Assembly: GCA_013265495.1 (NCBI GenBank) | Contig: MU058824.1 | Span: forward strand, 4,305,111-4,369,110 | Direction of reading: 5' to 3' | Origin: Vicugna vicugna | Taxonomy: Eukaryota | DNA length: 64,000 bases | Shown: in pieces, positions 35,400 through 48,480 of the stretch | Layout of the letters: each line of letters opens with the position of its first letter | Position numbering within the stretch: the first letter of the stretch is position 1 | Translations under genes and position numbers: made by a program | The notes under the pieces: generated by a model | The model's input: the letters and a program-made list of their open reading frames with translations, nothing else | Database searches by the model: none | What the model was told of the DNA's origin: nothing

Positions 35400-38300
35400 A
35401 TAAAAGTTTTGTTTAATTCAAAATCAGAAATAAAAATAGGGTCACTGAAGATTCTAGTCATTATAAAGATCATAAAAGGATATACAGACAATTGTATGTT
35501 AATAAATTTGAAAATGAAATAAATTCCTAGAAAAAATACAACTTAAAAATAACACAAGGAGAAATAGAACTGAATATTCCTATAACTAGTAAAAATTTAA
35601 TAAATTAAAACCCTTCACACAAAGGAAACCCCATTTGGCTTCATCAGTTAAAATTCCAGTCTTCACAAATTCTTCCAGAAAATTTAAAAAGGAGAATATA
35701 CTTCTCAAGTCATTTTATGGGAAGCATAACCCTGTTACAAAAAACCAACAAAGACAGTAAGAGAAAGGAAAATTATAGGCAAAGTCATTCATGAATGTAG
35801 TTGAAAAAACCCTAAGTGGGAGTAATAGGGAGTAAGCACATTCCTCCTGGTCTTTCCCACTGAATGCAGCTATAAAACCTAGCCAGAATGCATGGAGCAG
35901 AAGCTATTTGAGGACTCTGAAAAGTAAACAGTGGTAGGTGAATTGGGGAAGACAAAACTATGAAGCACTGAACTGGCAATGAGTTCACCATTTTTTGTCC
36001 TCTGGTCCTCCTGCCACTTGACCTCAGACATAGGCACAGCAATGAAAGTTCATGGCAAAGTGGGCTAAGTAAAGATATAGTTTTTACTTTTCTCTGGCTG
36101 GAGAACCGGAAAGAGTAACCCTGGAAACCGAAGCATACAAGGGAGGTCATAGAGAGTGAGGAGCTTGGGAGAATGATCTCATGAAGTTGTTTATAAACTC
36201 ATCCGCTCAGCCCTGAGCTGTAGTTTGATTGAGACCAGTCTCAGTTTGAATTTACCTCATCCAGGTCCCAGACTGGCCACTGGGTGGCGCAAACATGAGA
36301 CAGATCCAGATACCATTGCAAAGTCTTTGAAGATTGAAATGAAATTCTAACCACAGCCCACAACAGGTCAGTTGGAACTTACGGTCTGAAACTAATTAGG
36401 TCAGTTGCTTACTGATACAAAAATATCAACATTGTTCATAGAATTTGAACAAGATCCAGAGTCTCATATCACAGTATTCAAAATATTTAAGATACAATCT
36501 AGAATTACCTGGCATATGAACAACCAGGAAAATCTCAACTCACATATAGAAAGACAATCAACACATGTCAATACAAGATGACTTAGATAAGAATTCTCTG
36601 ACAAAGACTTTACATCAGCTATTATAAAAATAGTCTTATAATGCAAACATGCTTAGAACAAGTGGAAAACTATAACATTTCAGTAAATAAATGGGAAATA
36701 CAAAGAATAACAAAATGGGAATGTTTGAACTGGAAAAATTTAAAACAGAAATTAAAAAAATTTTGGATAGACCCCGCAGCAAAATAGAGATGACAGGGGT
36801 AAGTGTTAGTGAACCTTTCCTTCCTTCCTTCCTTCCTTCCTTCCTTCCTTCCTTCCTCCCTTCCTCCCTTCCTTCCTTCCTTTTTTATGGAGGTACTGGG
36901 GATTGAAACCAGGACCTTGTGCATGCTAAGCATGTGCTCTACCACTGAGTTATACCCCCAGTAGACATTAGTTTGAACAGTGAGGAAAAAAGAAAAGCTG
37001 AAAAGAGCCCTAGGGACCTGTGAAACAACAACAAGAAGTCAACATTCGTTCCATCAGACTTCCAGAAAGGGAGGAGAAAGTGCAGAGCTGGAAAAATATC
37101 TGAAGTAAAGAGAGAAGACACAAATCACCATTATCACAGAATGAAAGACCCTGCAAACATTGAAAGGATAATAAGAGAATATTACAAATAACTTTATGCA
37201 CATAAATTTGACAACTTAAGTGAAATGGACAAATTCCTGAAAGCCACAAGCTACTCAAACTCACCAAAGATGAAATAAATAATCAGAATGGTCTTTTAAC
37301 TATTTAAGAAATTGAATTTGTAGTTTAAAACCTTCCACAAAAATAAATCTCCAGGACCAGATAGCAATTGCTAGCCAGTTTAGCCAAATATTTAAAGAAG
37401 TAACACCAATTCTACACAATGTCTCCAGGAAAAGAAAAAGGGGGGTATATTTCTGAACTCAGTTTATGGGGCAAGCATTACTCTGATACCAAAAGAAGAC
37501 AAAGAGAGAACAACAATAACAAAACTATAGAGCAGTATCCCCTAAGAACAGAGACACAAGAAATCCAACAGAATATTTGCAAATTTCATCTAGCAACGTA
37601 TAAAAACAATATATCATGGCAAAACGGAGTTTATCCCAGGATGCAAGGCTGATTCATTTTAAAAATAAATCAGGGTATTCCACCACATTCATAGTCCAAT
37701 GAAGAAAACCCATGTAATTATATTAATTCACACAGAAAAAAGTTTTTTGACAAAATTCAACATCTACTTTTTTAAAAAAATCTCAGCAAACTAGGAATAG
37801 AACAGAACTTCCTCAGCCTGATAAAGGACATCTCTGAAAATCCCATTTTATTTAATGGAGAAAGACTGAATGCTGTCCTGCCTAGGGTCAGGGACAAGTC
37901 AAGGATATTCCCACTCATCATTCCCGTTCAGCATTGTACTAGAAGTCCTAGCCCGCACAGCAAGACAAGAAAAAGACATAAAAGGCATACAGATTAGGGA
38001 GGAAGAAATAAAATTATTCCTATTTGCAGATGACATGATTGTCTACATACAAAATTTCAAGAAATCTACCCCCAAAACCCCTAAAATTAATAAGTGAGTC
38101 TAGCAAAGTTGTAAGGTATATGGTAAACACACAAAAATCAATTGTATTTATAGTATTAGCAGTGTATGATTAGAAACGAGCATTTAAAAAATGCCACTTA
38201 CAATAATAGTTCCATATGATGATTTTATGGATAGAAACTTGAGTGAATATATCATGGATAGAAACCAGTAATATTTTAAAGAAATTATATAGTTACTGAA

Positions 38301-38590
38301 TCTAATAATTATATAAATATATATTATATTTATATAAATATATATACATAATATGCCATAACCAAGTTAGGCTTATTCCAGGAATGGACAGATGGTTTTA
38401 CACTGACAAATTAATAAAATGAACTGTCTTAAAACAAGGAGAAAACGTGCTCATTTCAATAGATGCAGAAAAAGTATTTGTGAATTCAATATCTATCACA
38501 ATAAAAACTTGTAAAAACTTGAAATAGAGGAAACTTCCTTTAAAAAAGTCATTATTTGTACATGATATAATTGGGTATATCAAAATATCT
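35400..38590 (+). mobile_element. Fragmented LINE-1 (5' region, ORF1 and ORF2/RT remnants)
   Basis: RT remnant [39 protein letters not shown] (37870-38097) contains the L1 FADD motif; many stops and frameshifts. Confidence 0.9.
36815..36959 (-). mobile_element. tRNA-Ala-derived SINE (Vic-1 type) with a (GGAA)n-expanded tail, inserted in L1
   Basis: Reverse complement gggggtataactcagtggtagagcacatgcttagcatgcacaaggtcctggtttcaatccccagtacctccataaaaaa, then GGAA repeats (36815-36880). Confidence 0.92.
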
Positions 38591-38594
38591 GCAA

Positions 38595-38888
38595 ATAAAT
38601 TATTACAAAGTTCTTTATATATTCTGGACACCAGTCCCCTGCCAGATAGGTGATTTGGAAATATTTTCTTCACTATGTGGCTTATCTTTCCATCCTCCTA
38701 ACAGTGTCTTTCCTAGAGGAGGTTTTTCATTTTGATGAGGTCTAATTTATCAGTTTTTAAATGGATTGTGATTTTAGTGTTATATCTAAGAAATCTTTGC
38801 TTAACCACAGGTTACAAAGATTTTCTCCATGTTTTCTTCTAAAAGTTTTGTAGTTTTACATTTTACATTTAAAGCTATTATTCATATT
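38595..38888 (-). mobile_element. Inverted L1 ORF2 fragment
   Basis: gttctttatatattctggacaccagtcc...aatattttcttc...ttttgatgaggtctaatttatc...ctaagaaatctttgc, antisense L1. Confidence 0.8.
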
Positions 38889-40605
38889 GAGTGGAGAGAA
38901 GATACTTACCACATGTACAATTGATAAAGGGCTCACATCCTGAACTACAATCTGCTAAATACAAAATCAATATACAGAAATCAACTGTATTTCTACAGAC
39001 TATAAAAAATGAATTTTTGAAAGACTACTATATGTATATTTTAAAGGAATACTATATAGATAATGTATATAACTATATATATTTAAGAATATATATATAT
39101 AATTTTAAAATGTCGGGTACCCAGGAGTAAATCTAACAAAAGTTTGTGAGACCTCTACAAAGTAAAGTATAAAACTTTAAGTGAAATTAAAGAAAATTCC
39201 CCCAAATGTAGAGATATACCATGCCCACGAATTATAAAAATTGATATTCTAAATATATGAAATTTCCCTAAATTGATCTATAAATTCAGCACAATCACAA
39301 TCAAAATCCCAAAAGTTTTTTTTGTGTGTGTGTGATCTTGATGAATTCTAAACTGTGTAGGATATAGTAAAGCTGTAGTAATGGAGATTGTGGTATTGGC
39401 ATAAGGTCAGACAAACAGACCAGTGGAATAAGAGCGCTCTTATAAACACATCCACCCATGTATGGACATGTGATTCACAATGAAGGTGGCACTGCAGAGA
39501 AGTGGGGAAAACTGCCAGTGGAACAGTTAAATGTCCACATGGGATATTTGTGACCTCAGGGTAGAGACTGATTTATTCAAGTTATCAAGAGCAGTAACCA
39601 AAAAGGAAGAGACAAATGAGACTAATTAAAACTAAAATATACCATTATGAGTGAAAGAACAAGCCACAGAGTGGGAGAAGATACTTACCACTTGTGAAAC
39701 TGATAAAGGGCTCATATCCAGAATACATTAAGAATTCCAACAAGTCAAAAAGAGAAAATAGTCAACCAAATAGAAAAAAGCAAAAATTTCACAAAAGAGG
39801 AAATCCAAATGTCCAATAAACATTTAAAGGTGCTTAACCTATAACTATCAATCAAGAGAATGCAAATTAAAACTACAGCAAGGTAATACTCCATATCCGA
39901 TTGGCTATAATTAGAGTCTGACAATATCAAGTCCTGGCAAGATGTGGAGCAACAGGACTTCTCGTATGCTGCTGATGGCAATGTAAATTGGCACAGTCAC
40001 TTTGCAAAAGAGTTTGCTATTATCTACTAAAGAAGACAGTAGTTCCACCCCTAGGTATATGTCCCGGATAAACTTGAGTACCTGTGCACCAAGATCCAGT
40101 CACAAGAATAGCATTGTCTGTAACTGTCCAAACTGGAAACAACGCAGATGTCCAATAACAGGAGACTGGATAAATAAAGAAAATAAGTTCATATGACAGA
40201 ATACCAAAGAGAAGAGTGGGGGGAACTACCCCTGCAGACAATAACATGGATGACTTGTAAAAACACAATTGGAGTGAAAGAAGCGAGACACAAAATAATT
40301 CGTACTGCACAGTTCTCTTACGTAAAGTTCAAAAACAAGGCTGAACTAAACTATGTATTAAAAATGCCTACTTAGATGGTACAACGATATAGAAAAGCAA
40401 GGAACACATTATCATAAAGGTCAGAGGGGAGAAAAGGGATTATAATCAGGAAGGGGGCCACACAGGAGACTTTTGAGGGATTGGCAATATTCTATTTCTT
40501 GAACTCAGTCATGGTTACGTGGATACTTAACAATAATTCATTAAGCTATACAATTAAGTATTGTTGCTTTTCTATGTGTGTTTTATTCCTAATAAAAAAG
40601 GTTTT
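38889..40605 (+). mobile_element. Old L1M(E)-like ORF2 3' part and 3' UTR
   Basis: aaaatcaatatacagaaatcaactgtatttcta...aatgcaaattaaaactaca...gatgtggagcaacaggac...; ends at aataaaaaag ~40600. Confidence 0.8.
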
Positions 40606-41179
40606 AAATGTTTCTTATGAGTCTGAATAAAGCATTCCAATAATAGGTGTGCTAACTGACATATTTATTTTGTTCAAAGACATAACACTACTCTTCAGAA
40701 AGTAAACGTGGACATTTTTACATCAGCCTTCAAATGGTACAAAATATGCAACTAGACCCAAGAAAACAGAAGCTCTTTCTCATTACTGAGAACGGTGAAA
40801 ATGCAGAGAGGATATGCTTAATAGTGGGTATTTTCTAACATACTTTTAAAAATCTTAATTATTCTAAGACAGATGGCTAGGTAGGAAGGCACAGAGACAT
40901 CATGATTCTGCAGGCTGAATGAAAGAATGCACTGTGACTGTCGGTGTTTCTGAGCCATGCTATCTTTGATTTGTTCTCACAGAAATCTTCCTCAGGAGTA
41001 TTACCTTCTCTAATAATAGCTGAGCACCAAAGAGACAAGATTATTATACAACTGTTATCAAAAAGAAGATATCCATTAAGATGTACAACTTGATTTGATA
41101 CACATATACATTATGAGGTAATCACTATAATCAAGCTAATTAATACACCTATGACTTCATAAATTAAAAAAAAAATAAG

Positions 41180-41945
41180 ACATCCAACATCATTAGGCAT
41201 CAGAGAAATGCCAATCAAAACCACAATGAGGTGCTACTTGCTCCCACTAGGATGACTATCTGTGGAAAGACAGATAAGAAGTGTTGGAGGGTGCAGGAAA
41301 ACTGGAACCCTCATACATTGCAGGTAAGGACATAAAATGGTGCAGCTGCTTTGGAAAACAGTCTGGCAGTTCCTCCAGTGGTTAAACATAGAGTTACCAT
41401 CTAATCCAACAATTCCATTCCTAGGTTTATACCCAAGAGAAATGAAAATATATGTGAACACAAAATCTTATACACAAATGTTCATAAAGTGTTATTCATA
41501 ATAGCCAAAAGTGGAAACAACCCAAATGTCTATCAACTACCTGATAAATGGATACATAAAATGTGGTATACCTACACAATGGAATATTATTCAGCCATGG
41601 AAATGAATGAAGTATTGGCATACACAACAACATGGATGAACCTGAAAAACATACATTAAGTGAAAGAAGCCAGATGACTGGTCACATTTTATATGAAATG
41701 TCAAGAAAAGGCTAATCCATAGGAAAAGAAAGGAGACTAGAGGTTGCCTAGGGCTGGGGAAATGAGAGAGTTAGAGAGTTACAGCTAAGAGGTATAAGGT
41801 TTCTTTTTGGAGTGATGAAAGTGTTCTAAAATTGATTGTGGCAATGATTGTACAACTCTGTGAATATGTAAAAGCCATTGAATTCTATACTTTAAATGGG
41901 TGAATTGTATGGTATGTGAATTATATTTCAGTAAAGCTTTTAGAA
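41180..41945 (+). mobile_element. L1MB-like 3' end
   Basis: cattaggcatcagagaaatgccaatcaaaaccacaatgag...ggaaaacagtctggcagttcctc...tttaaatgggtgaattgtatggtatgtgaattatatttcagtaaagc. Confidence 0.85.
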
Positions 41946-42204
41946 ATGTCATCGTTCCACTGTGCTATTGAACATTTCTGAACAACCCAACTTGGACAAA
42001 AATATCCCAGCTTCTAATACCAGACTTTACACCTTAACAGAAACACTGTATAGATAAGACAGAAAAATACAACAAACTCCTCTTTGGATGTTGGTGTCTT
42101 GATGAAAGGAGGCTTCACCAACACTTCATGGATACCAGGTTATACCCTTATGTGGCATCCTGGGCAGTGCATACTGGGAATATCTGGGATGGGTAAAGGT
42201 TGCT

Positions 42205-42230
42205 CTGTGTGTGTGTGTGTGTGTGTGTGT
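42205..42230. repeat. (TG)n microsatellite
   Basis: Uninterrupted TG run of about 13 units. Confidence 0.95.
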
Positions 42231-42468
42231 CTAGTGTTTGAAAGATAATTTTGAAAGGGAAGATGGGAAAAGAAAACTAGAATGAAATTCCCTCCACAGG
42301 TGTATTATCAGGTCGGTCAATTTTAGGGAAAAAGTTGAGGATTTGGAAACTAATTCCCTTAACACTATGCATGTCTGAATTTCCCTTGGAAAGACTTCAT
42401 ATACTCCAGTTCGAAGCCCTGGGTTGTAGTTCACAAGCCATGTCTTTTAAGACCATAATCTCTGCTAT

Positions 42469-42580
42469 GGGGCAGAAGGGTATAGCTCAGTGGTAGAGTG
42501 CATGCTTAGCATGCACGAGGTCCTGGGTTCCATTCCCAGTACCTCCATTTAAAAAATAAATACACCTCACCCTCTGAGGT
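42469..42580 (+). mobile_element. tRNA-Ala(AGC)-derived SINE (camelid Vic-1 type), best-preserved copy
   Basis: gggtatagctcagtggtagagtgcatgcttagcatgcacgaggtcctgggttccattcccagtacctcca then tttaaaaaataaata. A box 42483-42493, AGC anticodon 42508-42510, degenerate B box 42526-42536. Confidence 0.92.
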
Positions 42581-43109
42581 GCAGAAAAACCGCAGAAGCT
42601 CTGGGGAGATTTGGAGGGGACATGGGGTTATTTAGCTCAGGTCACCTGACTTCTGTTTCTCTGGAGTTCTGGAAGCAGAATGAGAGGTAAGTGGCTGAGA
42701 AGGAAGAGAGGGGAGGGCGGCTTTCCATGACACCAGAGAGGGTTGGAGAATCAGCTGTAGGGAACGGCATCAGGTGTCATAAGAGGTGACTCGAGGTCAG
42801 CTAAGCCTGGTGGGGTGGGGGTGGGGGTGGGTTTAGCTGTGTGATGCTGTGAGGTAAACAGAGGTGGGGGCTGCCCAGGATTGGAGAAGTGAAAAACGTG
42901 GGAAAAGTTCCAGGGAGAGAGGGTCAGTTGTGAAGTCCAGGTTCTGGCCTGGGAGGAGGAAAGGGAGACCTGGGCAGAGGGGCAGGCTTTGAGGAGGGAG
43001 GCCACCCACCAGGGAGGCCGGGAAGCTGCTACTGAGCAGGTGGAGCAGGATTGAGTGGGAAAAAGAAGAGAATGGGGCGGCTTTGAACCACGAGGATAGC
43101 TAAAGCATC

Positions 43110-43430
43110 CTGCATCGTATAATACAGTAGCCGCTGGTTCCGTGGGGCCTCATGTATGTGGTTAGTCCAAACAGAGCCATGCTGTAAGTTTAAAGTACAC
43201 ACTGGATTCTGAAGCCTTAGTATGAAAAAAAATGTTAAATATCTCATTAATGAACGTTTACATAAATTACTTGTATAAATGATAATTTTTAGATCTATTG
43301 GGTTAAATAAAATATAGTATTACAGTTAATTTCACCTGTTTCTTTTTACCTTTTTAGCCTGGCTACTAGAAAAATTAAAATTACTTATGTTGCTTGTATA
43401 ATATTCCTGTTCCTTGGCATTGGTATAGAT
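43110..43430. mobile_element. MER33-like hAT-Charlie element
   Basis: atgctgtaagtttaaagtacacactggattctgaagccttagtatgaaaaaaaatgttaaatatctcattaat...ggctactagaaaaattaaaattac. Confidence 0.75.
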
Positions 43431-43919
43431 AGTCGCTCCCAGGGACAGGGATTGTCTGTGTCACCCCTACGACCCTAGCATCTAGAACAGGGACAAGCAG
43501 AGAGAGGCCTCAGTGAATGGTGTGTGTGTGTGCACGTGTGGGTATATGTGTGTGTGTGTGTATGAACAGACATGTGGACAGTAAGTAAATTCATGAATGG
43601 GGTGAATGAATGAATGAATGATAATTATATATGGTGTTCAAGGACTTGACCTTGAAAGATGAGTTTCTTCTAAATTGTTGAGGATTATATGTAAGTACAC
43701 AAATGAGTGAAAGGGGAACGCAGGTAGTTAGAATCGAGGAGATTTCACTAAGGCTTTGAGGTAGGGAGTCTCAAAGAACATTTTATGGGACCTAACTTAA
43801 TATAAGGGCCCAAGAGCCTGGACCTTTGGCTCATGGATCTTTTTTTTTTCCCTTTAAAATACTCTAAAGTAAGTACTTTTTAAAAAAGTCCTCCTGAAGC
43901 ACTTAATATATTCCAGAGA

Positions 43920-44110
43920 CTGTCCTAGGCATTTTGCACATCACATCGCCCTGTGAGGTAGGCACTCTTATTGTCCTCCGTTTACAGAGAAGGAAATAAG
44001 GCGCAGAGATGTTAAGTACCTTGCCTGGGATTACCCAATAAGTGATGGGACTGGTATTTGAACCAGGCCATCTATCTAGTGTCCAAACCCTTCACTACTA
44101 CACCATCCTG
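43920..44110 (-). mobile_element. MIR SINE
   Basis: ccctgtgaggtagg...tttacagagaaggaaataaggcgcagagatgttaagtaccttgcc...ggtatttgaacc. Confidence 0.75.
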
Positions 44111-44957
44111 TCTCTCTTATCTTGTCATCTCATCTCATCTCCAAGCTTCTCTCCAATAGAGATGTAGGTTTCTTTTTTCTCCCTTCAGTCACCTCTCTTC
44201 CACCCCCAGTTCCTCAGACCTTGTACTCCCTGAGAAAGTTCCCAATGAAACTTGCTTACTGGAAACAATTGTAAGTAACTCCTCACCCCTAGCTTCCCCA
44301 CAAATGAAACACAAACACACCATAGCTGAGTGGTCAGGCATGACAGCCAAGTAACCCTGCCTCCTCTCCCACCCTTACCCCCTTCCCTTCGCCCCCATCC
44401 CTGAGCCTGGCCCACACCACCTTCTCTCTCCCCAGCCTGGGAGGCTCCTCTCCCAACCTGGAACTGGCCTTCCCCTACCTTTCTGGGCAGACTCAGAAAT
44501 GAGTGTTGGAGGAGCCTGAGGCTTCACAACTCTAAGGAAATGCTTTACCTCTCAGGCTAGCTGATGCCTGCAAAGTGACTACAGGGATTTAGAATAGGAG
44601 GCCTTCCAGACCACAGCTTGGCCGGTGCCTGGGAGATGTCTCAACTTCACCCACCAGGGTCCTTCCAGCCTCAGTGACAGAGAGGAGCCCTGAATTCCCA
44701 CTCCACTAGGAGCCAGTGCCCAGGAGATGCCTCAATCCCACCCATCAGGATCCCCTTCCAGCCTCAGCTCAGATCCCTCCAGTGATGGGGTGGCCCTGAA
44801 TTCCCCTCACTAGGAGGAGCCTTGGCCCAGGATTTCTACCTTCAGGGCTGAACATAGACTAAGAAGGAACCAACAGGCCACCTTCCTCTCTTTCTCTCTC
44901 TCATTAAATTGTGAATAATAATAATGCATTTACTTATTCTCCCACTTAAAAAGCTGT

Positions 44958-46883
<1,926 letters not shown>

Positions 46884-47769
46884 CACAATGCAGCCCCCCT
46901 TGAGGCCTTTCTCAAAGGCACAGGGCTTTTCTTCCCTCTGATGGCCCCGACCTGCCAAAGTCTGATACCTGACCAGGACCTGTTGCCAGGGCTCAGAACT
47001 TAGGAAGAAACTCAGAGATGGGTTGCAACTCCCACCTGAGACTTTCAGCCTCAGTTCAGGGCTGCTTCTGGAATGTCAGAGCCATTTTGGGCAGGGAGGA
47101 TGGGAGGGTTAGGGAGGCTGGGGGAAGGGATTATTAGATCATCTAAAAGAATGTCCATTGTACAGGAGGGAAACTGAGGCCCAGAGAAGAGAAGAGATTT
47201 ATCCAAGATCACATAGCCAGCCAGAGTAGAGCAGGGCCTGGAACTCAGGCCTTCTGTAACATAGGCCTTTCCCCTACCCTTCTAGGATGCTTTTAACTAA
47301 CTACTCAGCTTTCCTGTCTCTAATTCTCAAGCCCCAGGGCACCTTTCTCTGCCAAGGCTCCGGGGTATCAGAGAAGAAAAGCTCTGTCCTTTGGCTTCCG
47401 CCCTTTGTGGCTACGGGTTTTATAAATTAGAGGGAGAGGTGGAGGCCAAGCACTGGGGCAGAGAGGCAGGAGTTAGCCTCCCACTGGGGCATGGGAGGGC
47501 CTCCAAAGCCCTGATTATTTAAGTTCCACCACAAACTAGGACATTTCACATTTCCAAGTCTCTAGATTGTAAGATGTTGGGATCTGTGATGGGTCAGTGC
47601 TCTCCATCAAGTATGGACTCGGAAAAGTGGCTCATTCTATCTAAACCTGTTTCCTCCTCTGTGAGATGGGAATGATAATAGTGCCTGCTTCAAAGATTAT
47701 TAAGAGTTTACAAGAGAAAACGACTAGAGAGTGTTAAGCACCGTGGGGCTCATAACACACGTCCAATAA

Positions 47770-48480
47770 ATGCGAACTACCGTTAATTTCGTATTACATG
47801 AGTTCTCCAAGCGCTGGCGTTCCTGGTTGCTCCCTTCCACCTTCGTGGTCTTTGGGAAGTTTGGGATCCCGCATCCCCTCCGGGCTGGCTCCCTGCGCTT
47901 CCCGCGGCCACGCGGTGGGGCTGAAGGGTCATCTCCGGCCTGCGAGCACGCCACGGGGCACAGATCGTCCGCAGACCCGGGGATTCCCGTGGCTGGGCCT
48001 CAGACGAGAGCCACAAACACACCTGTGCCCATTTTACAGACGGGGGTACTGAACCCCAGACGGCAGGCGCACGGCCAGGCAGCCAGAGAGGAGCCATCCA
48101 GACTCGGGGCGTCCCCCTCGGAGCCCCGCCAGGTGGGGTGCTCGTGGGCACGGCTCGGACGTCCGCCGCACTCCCCTCCTCCCAGCGGGCATAGGGCTCC
48201 CCGAGTTCCCGTGGCGCGTCTGTGCCCGGGAGGGGATGAAGACCAGCCAGAGCCTCCCACGGAGGAGGGCCGGCTCCTGCGGGCCCCACCTGGACCAGCC
48301 TTCGGCGGGCTCCCAGGAGGGGGGAAAACACAGATCCTGGAGGCATTGGCGAGGGCACACAGAGAGCACCTGGGCTCGGGCCGAGCCCCCGATCCCCTCC
48401 AACCTGGGTCCTAAGCCCCACTCCTGACCCTCAGGCCGTCCTTGGCGCCCCTACGAGGAAAACTCAGTGTCGCTGGAGCC
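47770..48480. promoter_or_regulatory. CpG island between CCIN and the GLIPR2 3' end
   Basis: Abrupt rise in GC content and CpG density (cgcggccacgcgg, ggcgcacggcc, cggacgtccgccgc, ggcgcgtc, cggcggg). Confidence 0.8.

Noticed and set aside
37870..38097. Reverse-transcriptase-like ORF (FADD motif) as an active or novel RT system
   Set aside because: A short, stop-riddled remnant of LINE-1 ORF2.
42476..42547. Apparent tRNA-Ala(AGC) gene
   Set aside because: The first two acceptor-stem pairs are broken, the B box is mutated (GGTTCCATTCC), an A-rich tail follows, and three diverged siblings lie in the window. It is a SINE.
47770..48421. 214-aa and 212-aa overlapping ORFs on opposite strands
   Set aside because: Pro/Arg/Gly/Ala-rich and open in several frames, as expected from stop-codon scarcity in a CpG island; no recognisable domain.
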